Source of the DNA: Chrysomallon squamiferum
Taxonomy: Eukaryota; Animalia; Mollusca
Reading direction: 5' to 3'
NCBI GenBank assembly: GCA_012295275.1
Contig: CM022669.1
Span: 8,184,001 to 8,248,000 of the forward strand
DNA: 64,000 nt
The first letter of the stretch is position 1, and each line of letters starts with the position of its first letter. The notes below the pieces were generated by a model. That model did no database searches. It worked only from the letters and a program-made list of their open reading frames with translations, and had not been told where the DNA came from. Both the position numbers and the translations under genes were made by a program. Below are positions 54,184-64,000 of this stretch, piece after piece.

Positions 54184-55445
54184 GTAAGAGTTTTACCTTT
54201 TTGTTGTCTTCGTTCAGGTGATCAATATTTTTAATCTTTCAGTCGGTCGTTAAACAAACTAACCAAACTGTCCATTTTATTCATCCGTTTGTTCGTCCAA
54301 ACAGACAGTTCATTTATTCATCTATCCATCCAAGCAGACAACCTATAAACCAACCAGCTATTTATTCATCCGACCGTCTTTGCATCCATTCATACATCAA
54401 ATGAATGAATCAGCTGCTGTCTATTCATCATCTTTGTCTGTGTGAAAATTTCATTTAGTTTATGCATATGTATGCAAAAAATTTCAGTTTATAAATCAAG
54501 CAGAACTTGCGTTTATGAACAGTAAAATTGTATGTGAAATATCTGATATTAATTACTTAATGATTCATATTGTTCAGTAGTAAAGTTTTATTAGAAAGAA
54601 AAAAACTGATTTAAAATGCAGTTATTTATTCATCCTTATAGTTACCAAATTGCAGCTTTGTCAATATTAATCAAAAAAATTTAAGAAATTAAAAAATAAA
54701 TGAATAAAACAAAAAATTATTATTAAATTTATTGTAAATTATTGTTCACTTATAAATCTGTATTTATTTGCTTCTCAATTTCATTTCAAAATGGTCTGCT
54801 TCTCTCACATTTAACTTTTTCTTTCTTATTTCTTTATGGGAGGCTGCTCTTTTCTTTTTCTATTGGGTGTAACACATAAATAAATAAACAATGACAGTCT
54901 GTCAGATGTTGGAAACAAATGTAAAAAAATCGCAGGGTTATCAATGCATTTTCTGCACGCTTTTGTGCTTATTATTTATGTACATAATAACTGTCTAGGC
55001 AGAATTCTTTTCTTCAATCATTTATTTTAAACCATTTGTAATTTGGCAGCACTTTTGCCATTATCTTTTTAGAAAGGAAAGATAAAATCAATTGCGAGCA
55101 GCATTTATTTTGCTTGTGTCAAATAACTGTCTCCAACCACAAATGCGATAATACACAGAAAATACTTTTAATTTAGCAGTGTGCACTTTCATATGATTGA
55201 GATAACATATCTGTGTGGGTTTTTTCAAACTCGTTATTTATTTTTGTGACACATTATATCTGTGACATTTTAACTTTTACATTGTCAGGGAAAACATTTA
55301 TAAAATTTAATTAAAAAAAAATAAAAAATAATTGAATTAAAATAAATATACGTTGTGTCAAATATCAGATAAGTGAAAACTATAGAGAAGATAATATTTA
55401 AAAATGATATTTTAAAATACCAAAAGCTGAAACATGTATAATAAT

Positions 55446-55482
<37 letters not shown>

Positions 55483-56384
55483 AAATTCTAAATTCCATAC
55501 TTTGAAAACTGCATGATAATTATATATAGAAATATTTTTTTTTTTTTTTTTTTTTTTTTAATTTCTGGAATCTAAAAACTGCATTGTGATTATATATATA
55601 TACAGTTTACATTTTCCTGTATTATATCTCATGCTGGTACTTAAAAACTGAAGTCATAGCATACCTTGGATATTAGCCAGCATGACGTTATATACTGGAC
55701 GTATGTAATTTATTTACTTTTGAAGCACAGTTATTACCACACATATACCTGTAGAGTAATACACAGCCATGTGCTTTAAGTCTTCAGAGATATAATATAA
55801 ACAATAAGTTTACTGGGGATTTGCCAAAAACCCCTCTTTTTTTCTTCTTCTTTATTTAACAACCCATGCTAACATCTCTCTACATCCTCTCCATGTTGTG
55901 ATCAAAAGCTTGCGTACAGGATGTTTAGTGAAATGTATAAATTCATAAACTAATATCTGCGTGTACTTACGAGTTTTACCTTAGCTTCAGGGCCACTTAA
56001 AACATCAGTGCACAACCGTTATCCACTCTTTATATCCAACTTTGCAGTTTTAGACACATAAAAAAAAAAAAAAAAAAAAAAAATAACCTCAGAAAAGATT
56101 TTTTTTTTTTATAAAAACAATAATCCATTCATTTTTAAAATAATAAAGTGTATTATTTTAAAGTGTATATTTATATTGTCATAATGATTCATTCATGATT
56201 TAATGTGACGTAGCATGTTATTATTATACTGGCTGGTTTAAAATGATTTATGGTTTATATTGTTCAATGCTGGATTGCACAGTCATAATTGTTACTCGGC
56301 AATTGACAAATAATTGAAATCCAGTATATTGATAGTGTGTGCATTCACTGGAATGTTTCTCCTTATAGCCACTAGTAGATTTCT

Positions 56385-56443
56385 TTTATTTCTCATTCCA
56401 ACCAGTGCTCCATGACTGGTATTTTTCAAAAGGCTATGGAATG
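56385..56443 (+). mobile_element. SINE core fragment
   Basis: TATTTCTCATTCCAACCAGTGCTCCATGACTGGTATTTTTCAAAAGGCTATGGAATG shares the ATTCCA..CAGT..TGACTGGTA pattern with 58589-58615 and TGACTGGTA with 37622-37630. Confidence 0.65.
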
Positions 56444-57726
56444 AGCTCTTCTTCATAAGTTAGTTAGGAGGTTTTGAATTTTTATTACAGAATCTGATCA
56501 TTAATTATATATTTTGGTACCATTATACAAATTTTATTAATTAATAAGAAGTTCTAGCTGGTATAAATATATGTTTTGGTCAGACTTTATTATTACAGAA
56601 TCTATCTTTAGGAATCTTATCATTATATATTTTGATATTGTTAAACAAAGCTGAATATATCAGTTTTGGCCAGATCCACAGATGTTTAATATTTTTAATA
56701 TCTCACAGATAGAATAAAACTGAGATATTTTAATAAACACTTTTCTCCTTCTTCCTCCTAACACCACAATTTAATATTCACTGGCCTGTAAAGGTCAGTT
56801 TAGTGACCACTGACAAATTCATTCGTTTGCGAAAATCACATTATGGATATAATTCACTGTGTGTCAATGTAGCTGTAGTCTGACCAAACTCTGGAGGTGA
56901 TGTTGCTGCATAAGTGTTTACAGAGATGATGCTGCCATCATGGCTGAAGTTGTTAAATCAATTATATTTGCATCCCAGACTTTAACGGTTTGAGAAAATC
57001 CAATAGACTGTTATTTGCTGCAAGTGTCTGTAGATTACTGCTTGGAATGCAGATCTGTCGTGTGGTAGGTAGTAGGATCAGTTCTCTCTGGCGAGATATC
57101 TTTAACATTGTAGCTCAGCACTGCATTTAATGTGTCTGAAGATGATTACAGAAGACAGGATATGGCTTCATAAAATGTAAAATGAAAAACAGAGAAATAA
57201 TATGATAAAGAAAAGAAAAATGAAAAATGATAATGAACAAAGTAAAAGAAAAATATATATGTATGTATGTATGTGTATATATATATTCATACAAAAAAAT
57301 ATGTTTAAAGATAGAAAGATAGTAAAAAAAAGAAAAATGAGAAAGAAAGAGAGAGGAGAAAGAGAAAAGTAAAGAAGGAAATGGAGGAGAGAGAATGTAT
57401 CATTACAACAAGACCAATTACATTTTATTATTTATTACTTTTTTGAAAACCTTTCAAGTAGATATTCACATACAGGAAATCTTACATTAAGAGGCCTCTC
57501 AGATGTTTGAAAAAATACTTAACATGAGGGGGGGGAGAGAAAAAAAAAAAACTACAGTAAGAAAAAAATTTAACCAGTTAGCATTTGTTCTGAAATCAGT
57601 TTTAGTTTTCTTTCAAGGATGAATTAAAAAGCAACTGATGCAGATAAAAATGTTGCTATAATAATTTGAAATAAGTCAGATATGTGTGAATTTGTCATGC
57701 ATTGATTTCATTGATACTCCTTCATA

Positions 57727-58120
57727 TTCAAGTATGCCTGTCGTGTACACTGACTTCATTCAGAGAACTGTTCAAGTATGTCAGTCATGTACACTGACTT
57801 CATTTAGATAACTGTTCAAGTATATCTGTCATGTACACTGACTTCATTAGATAACTGTTCAATTATGTCAGTCATGTACACTGACTTCATTTAGAGAACT
57901 GTTCAAGTATATCTGTCATGTGTCTGTATCATGTACACTGACTTCATTAGAATATACTGTTCACTGACTTCATTTAGAGAACTGTGCAAGTATATCTGTC
58001 ATGTACACTGACTTCATTTAGAGAACTGTGCAAGTATGTCAGTCATGTATGCTGACGTTTCAAAAACTTCAAGTATGCCTGCAGTGGAGACTGACTTTGT
58101 TAGAAAACCATTCAAGTATG
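57727..58120. repeat. About 42-44-bp minisatellite, consensus TTCAAGTATATCTGTCATGTACACTGACTTCATTTAGAGAACTG, about 9 units
   Basis: Head-to-tail units with no unique spacers. Two alternating variants, GTATGTCAGTCATG and GTATATCTGTCATG. Confidence 0.95.
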
Positions 58121-58502
58121 CACATATTGCTAACTCATTACAGTTATAATTTTAACTTTGCTAGAAAGTTTTGAACTGCCACTATCTGGAATTATTCTCG
58201 TGCGTATCGAAGTGTGGAAATTGGTCCGCTGTTTAGAAGGAAATGAGATTGCATTCGGAATGGAAGTTAACTGAATTGACACTTTTGTTTCCACTGCTTG
58301 GGGAGACAGGAAAATAAACACAATTAGGCAAACCTGTCTACTTGAGTATGTAACAACACTGACAGCCAGAAATCAATTCTTTGCAACGGTGTTGGCAGAT
58401 AAACAGAAAATGTCTTTAAAATAAACAAACCACAGGCTACAGTAGATGGTCAGAGTCGTTCCTGTTGTTAATGGAAACTTTTACACAGAATTAATTATTT
58501 CC

Positions 58503-58617
58503 TACTAGATCAGCCGGTAAAGTGCTTGCCTCAGGTGTGTAGCGTTATAGGATCAAGTCTCAGTGGTACAGACATTAGCTCCTATCATATTCCAGACAGT
58601 TCTCTGTGACTGGTACC
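58503..58617 (+). mobile_element. Decayed tRNA-derived SINE 5' half
   Basis: A-box-like TAGATCAGCCGGTAAAGTG, B-box-like AGGATCAAGTCTC, then ATTCCAGACAGTTCTCTGTGACTGGTA. Confidence 0.6.
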
Positions 58618-58652
58618 TCATGTCTGATACAAGATTCATGTGGTTTTTTTCT

Positions 58653-58713
<61 letters not shown>

Positions 58714-61679
58714 GGAAAAGCCAAAAGAATCACAGTGTTTTCATTTACATAATCATTTCCTGCAATATCCATTCAGTATGTTATTAATATATATTTATAT
58801 ATTTTGAAATAACCTTTATTTGATTAATTTACTTATTTATTTCCTATGTTTTCTTGTCTTTGTGTATAATATGATTCTGTTTTGGTTAATAATGAATTAT
58901 TTGCATTTGTTTCTTTATACATATTTGCATATAATATGCAAATTAGTTTGGTTTTAATCAGTGTGTCTACACATGATTGATTATAAATCAATCACTTCTG
59001 TGTTTATTTACACAAGTATTCAAAAAAAAAAAAAAAAACAGATTATTTCCAAATGAACTGTTTGCCTGACAGCTGAAGAAATGAGGTGTAATGGAGAGTG
59101 GAATGGAATTTAAATACTCAGGAAATCTCGCCCATTGTCTTCTGTGACAATTGTTTCAATGGCTGCTTGTGTTTGCCCAAGTCTGATGAAGTTAAACATG
59201 ACAGCTTCATTTACACTTGTCTAGTTCGGTTTTGCTCTGTTTGGAATACAAGAGTAGAGATGAGCTGAAGCAATCAAGACTAAGCCCTGAAGTGTCACAC
59301 CAAGCTGAGAGTCTGCTCAAACCCAGGAACCCTTGAAGGGATGTTCTGATGATGAATCTTTGTCTCAGACAAGAGGATGTACCATGACTGAAAATCATAC
59401 AACAAGTATTTTGTGTTCTGTTTGACTCCAACATAAGATTTGGAACAATTATTGTGAACATCATGATATTTATAAAGTAATTGCTGTATTAAAATTGAAA
59501 TACACAAATGTGAAACAGAAAGTCAAATGAAAATATATATGTATTTGGTCATAGTTTAAGCAGTTTGAAACTTTGATTTTAAGTTGATAATGTGTTCTGT
59601 AGAACAGAACATTTCATTGCTGATTTTGATAACATCTTTACATACATTTTTCCTGAAGTTTCATTTAAATTAAAAACAGAAGAAGAAAAAATAAATTGGG
59701 AAAATTAACTCCAACCATTTTGTCTTTAATAAATATGAAATAACCAGAAATAATTAAAAAACAAAAGAAGAAAAGATATAAACAATTACCTTTTAATCAC
59801 AGGTAAATAGGAAATGTCATCATAGTTTTAACAATAAATCATTTAACCATCCTTCTGTCCCATGCATACACTCATTTACTCACAACAGTTCTGTGGTACA
59901 ATAAATCTGAGTTAATGATCAACAATTTCATTACTGAAAAACAACAGAAACGCTTGAAAAGAATTTCCTGGCTGTTACCTGCAAAAAGGAAATAACAAAA
60001 ATCAGCACTTAGAATAACAGCACAGGTTCAGCTTATCACCTGTTTCGCACCTCTCCTCACTGGCGTGCATTAACGAGACACACCCACATTTGTTAAATGG
60101 AAGCTGTTTTTGGATTGAGTTAAATAGAAACAACAGATCCACATTATCAAAGTCATTGTTTTTTTTTTTCTTCTTCTTGTTTTCCACTGCTCTATTTTCA
60201 GTGCTGATGAGAGTGAAAGAATCTGGCCACTTTAGACAGATATATACATAAATATTTTTAAAAAATCTTTCTGTATTTGATTCTAAAGTTTATTGATTTA
60301 TTATTATTATTTTTTTTATTTTTTTTATTATTATTTTTTTTTTGATGGCTGAAATTATCTCTGTTTGTTATCTACCTTTAGGTTTATTTTGTCTGTTTAT
60401 CTGTATGTCCGTCTATTCGTTATTCATCTACTTATCTATCTCTGTCCATCAATTTATTCTTCTGTCTGTAAATCAATGATTTTTATCTCTGTGATTATTT
60501 CTCTAACTTATGATACCAGCCATTCATCCATCTCATTTTTTTCTTTCTTTCATTTTTTTTTCTTTCTTTCTTTCTTTCTTTCTTTTCTTCTTCTTCTTTT
60601 TTTTTTTTTTTGAAGTAAGGTCTGCTTTCATTTATGTTTATTTAAAACCTAATTTTATTTCAATTCATATTTACAGTTCCTTTCATTCTCACATTTTTAT
60701 CGTATACATACATACATTCATTCACATGCATTCAGTATCTATTATTACAGTCATAATTCCAGATTTTTAAAATTACCTTTATATAAATATATTTCACTCC
60801 CACACACAAACTGATAAAGTTAATTAATAAATACATCATCAGAGAACAGATTATTCTTATTTTCAGTTATCTCTAACTGCTATGTTCCCGCCATTATATA
60901 GTAAAGACATGCAATAAGATATTTAATTAACACATCTCTGTGTAATACATACCGTAACACACGAGGATCAGTTACAAACCTCTCATTATAAAACAGGATG
61001 AAATTTCTGAAACTTTCAGTGATGTCTTTAACTCCCCAAAAATTCTGTAAGTGAGAGGAGTGTGTGTTATGAAGTGAGAGGCACTAATGAGGCTAATTTG
61101 TTTTTAAAAAAAACTCAAGAATAAATATTTTTTCAAGGTTTCCCTGCATATGCAGCTTATCTGTTTGCTGAGTTGAACGATTTCTCTGTGCTCAGTGATG
61201 CCAACAAATTGTGAAAAATGTCGCTGTGACTTCAAGAGTTTTATGCTGTTTTTTTTTTTTTATTACATCTGAAAAAAAATAAAATAAGAACAAAAATAAA
61301 ATAAAATAAGAACAACAAAAATAAAAATGTCAGAAGGAAAACATAATTCATTGATTAAAAAAAAATAATGAAATAAAAAAATAAAAAAAAAAAAAATAAA
61401 AAAATGTAGTGAATAATAACTAAAAATAATTAAAAAAAATAAAAAAAATTAAAATGAATACTTTTATATACAAAAAAAAAAAAGATATCGTGACACCTCA
61501 CCACCTTTCCTAAAATCTCAGATCTTCCCTTTATGTAACAGTACGAGCGATGTGTTTGTGGGTGTTTTTCAGTTAGCAGATTAACACACAACAGACTGCT
61601 AAGGACGTGGACTCCCATGACATTATTAATGTTCATTTAACTACAGGTCACTGGGGTATATTAGTATAATTTAGATATA

Positions 61680-61935
61680 TCCTGCGTATCGCATTACGTC
61701 GCATTGTGCTGGTGTCGTGTACGGGCTTACTGCAGGGGAAATAGGCACTATTAAGTTGTCATATGCTTCCAGTAGGCAGCTAGCTAGCTTACCAGGCATG
61801 GGACCGATTATTCACCAGCGACTGTGACGTAAACACGTATTTAAACACTTATTGTTTTCTCAGTGAGTAAAGTCAGTCCAGATTCTTGTACCAGTTTGTT
61901 TGTTTGTTTGGTGTGTTTTGCGAAAGATGTAAAAG
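61680..61935 (+). promoter_or_regulatory. Second CpG-enriched patch, possible internal promoter or enhancer
   Basis: Dense CpGs at 61685-61840, CRE-like TGACGTAA, TATTTAAA at 61838, TCAGT motifs at 61860 and 61873, donor-like AAG|GTAAAG near 61935. Confidence 0.3.
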
Positions 61936-62414
61936 GTAAAGAATAAATGGAAATAAAATGTAGGGAATACAAGATGAGACGGTGGGGTTACGTTTCAGCT
62001 GGGTTTTTTTTATTTGGGTAATGACTTGTTTTCTTATCTGTGTAGAATTAGGATAAGAGTTCCTTTCGTGTGTGAATTGTTTATAGAACTTTTTAGAAAT
62101 CTAAAAAGGATGTATATTTGTGTGTGGATGTACATTTCTGAATAGTTAGATATATGTGTGTGTGTGTGTGTGGGTGTATCTAACTTGTGAGAAAATAGTT
62201 CTCACAGGATCATCATCATCATCATCATCATCATCTTATTCATCTGTTATCAGATGTTTATCGGTGCTGTAGCTGATGAGTGAGAGAGTGTGGTGTGGAT
62301 GTCAGCATCACTTTGCCATGAAGTTGCACTCTCAACAGGCTGTCTCAGAAAAATGTGTCCATCTTCACCAGAAAATCTGATATTTTGTTTATCCCTGTCT
62401 AACCACAGAAACAG

Positions 62415-62560
62415 ACTCTGTGTGGTAGAGCACTTCGCTTGAACTAAGTATCATAGTCATTAGGATCAGTCCTTGAAGGAGTACCTTTACTGTTATTTCC
62501 AGTTAGAATAATTCCTTTATGATTAACATATAAAAGAACTAAGATGTGTGCTGTCATATG
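62415..62560 (+). mobile_element. Decayed SINE copy
   Basis: TGTGGTAGAGCACTTCGCTTGA..TAGGATCAGTCC..TATTTCCAG..GATGTGTGCTGTC, colinear with the 58503 copy. Confidence 0.45.
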
Positions 62561-63784
62561 TGATGTACAATTACTATCAACAACAATGCTGATGAACAGT
62601 AATAACCTCTTAGTGAATTTCAGAAAAAGAGTTAATTCTGCAAATATTTCTGTTGTTTTTTCTTCAGCAACCTTTTTGAAAATCATTCTAAAATGCATAA
62701 CAGTGATTATAGCAGAAAGACTAAGAAAATGGTTTCCTTACAATTCTTGAGGTCATAAATAAAGAAAATATTTTATTACATAGAATTATTCTATATATAT
62801 ATATATATGCTCATACCTTATTTATACCACCATTCATGATGATATACAATATGATATATGTATATATATACATGTATATAAAATGTATTTATTTCATCTG
62901 CATACAGATTAGTTCTTGTTAACACAGTTGGTTATTTTTAATAATCTGTTTCCATGTTCTTCATCTTATCTCTGTTTGTGAATATTCTGGCAGTTCTGAG
63001 AATATATATGTATTTCTTGATTGGTAATAATTCTGCGAAATAAAGTGCTGCGACGTAATTTTACAACTTGAAGATAAATGTTAAGATAAATGTAATTATA
63101 TCTGGAGCTGTAAATTCTTGTAACAAGACTGGATATGTCATCTTCATTCATTTCCAGTTTAGTGTATGTAATTTATTTTCTAAAATGTGCACATCTCATT
63201 TTAAGTATAGTATGTACATATGTCTGTCAGTGTTTGGCTGATATGTAGAAAACTATGTCTGTGTATATGACATACACAAGGTATAAGCTACATCATCTCA
63301 CTAGATGATAAAAAACACATAAAATTTAAATTAAAATTTTTTCTCTGGTCTAACAAACTAATGGAAGATAAAAAAATCCTGGTCAAGAAGATATGACAAA
63401 GATGGTTAGATGAGAATGAAGCTGGCATCAGGTCAGGGATGGTCAGCTGTGTTTAATACGAGACGTATGACATGACTGCGAGATTAATATCTGCATGCCG
63501 CTGCATACAAACAAGGTATGTGTCACTTTGTGCTCCACTCAGCTTGTACAGACTCTGCGGAATGCCAGTGGCAGCTTCATGTTTTGAATACTAATAATAC
63601 GCATTCCTGTTTATATCAGCCTTATTTCATGTAGTCATTAATATCTGTCATTTCTTGTACTGTTCAGAATGAAGGAATAAATGGACATTTGTTTAATATA
63701 ATTTTTTTTTGTATTTTAATACTAACAGGTATTAAATTTTAGAAATATTGTGATCTTATAAAAGCACAACCATGCTTCTACCAT

Positions 63785-63870
63785 TCAGTGGTTTCTTTTA
63801 TCAGTTAACAGCAATGGACATTTAAAATGGAATTATCTAAAGACAGGATAGCACCTACCGTTAACTTTCA
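63785..63870 (-). mobile_element. SINE core, minus strand
   Basis: TCAGTTAACAGCAATGGAC..AGACAGGATAGCACCTACC; the reverse complement GGTAGGTGCTATCCTGTCT matches GGTATGTGCTGTTCTGTCT at 37644. Confidence 0.65.
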
Positions 63871-64000
63871 CAGATCTAGCACAATGTGTGTGAACCAAGG
63901 GAAAATTGATGCTGTTACCAGCTATTCTTGAAATAAATCCACTAACCAATGAGTCAGATTTTTGTATGGATGAAATTGTTTTGTCAATATTTAGCAGATA

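Noticed and set aside
54184-54217. Acceptor-like TTCGTTCAG|GTGAT just after the coding exon, giving ...KAKGDQYF*
   Set aside because: It would need a 34-nt intron, too short for typical animal splicing, and leads to an immediate stop.
57727-58120. CRISPR-like appearance of 43-bp repeats (also 42895-43390 and 50834-51228)
   Set aside because: Units are head-to-tail with no unique spacers, there are no cas genes, and the context is eukaryotic. These are minisatellites.
58144-58274. Phase-1-compatible open frame (VIILTLLESFELPLSG...MEVN*) after CTAAC..CAG as a possible second coding exon
   Set aside because: The pyrimidine tract is weak, there is no good donor, the peptide is unrecognisable, and 43 open codons can arise by chance.
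58503-58575. tRNA gene candidates (also 25538 and 62415)
   Set aside because: The A/B boxes are degenerate, no cloverleaf can be folded, and they run into SINE core sequence.
59207-59464. GC-elevated patch with 85-aa and 70-aa minus-strand ORFs
   Set aside because: No recognisable protein motif, and no consistent splice signals or phase with the 54-kb exon.

Overview
AT-rich, CpG-poor eukaryotic (animal) genomic DNA, almost all intronic or intergenic. There are no prokaryotic genes, rRNA, intact tRNA or CRISPR arrays, and nearly all ORFs in the supplied track come from microsatellites and homopolymers. Best-supported content: (1) the 5' end of a + strand spliced gene. It has a CpG-enriched promoter/first exon near 28.9-29.6 kb, candidate non-coding exons at 41680-41746 and 52621-52672, and a first coding exon (54025-54183) encoding a signal peptide, MAGLLMVSVFLLAGIITCGGA-IQYPDGCDSRAVFKAK, followed by a phase-1 GTAAG donor. 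The rest of the CDS is not identifiable in the window. (2) A 780-bp internally deleted Tigger/pogo (Tc1/mariner) element at 9810-10589 with TIRs, TA flanks and a pseudogenised transposase N-terminus. (3) About ten decayed copies of a tRNA-derived SINE in both orientations, resembling from memory gastropod Meta/MESC-type SINEs, which suggests a mollusc host (inference). (4) Many micro- and minisatellites, several local direct and inverted duplications, and a dense CACCTG/CAGGTG E-box cluster. I see no evidence of a novel multi-gene system; the most interesting leads are the uORF-laden leader of an unidentified secreted/membrane protein gene and the possibly horizontally transferred Tigger element.
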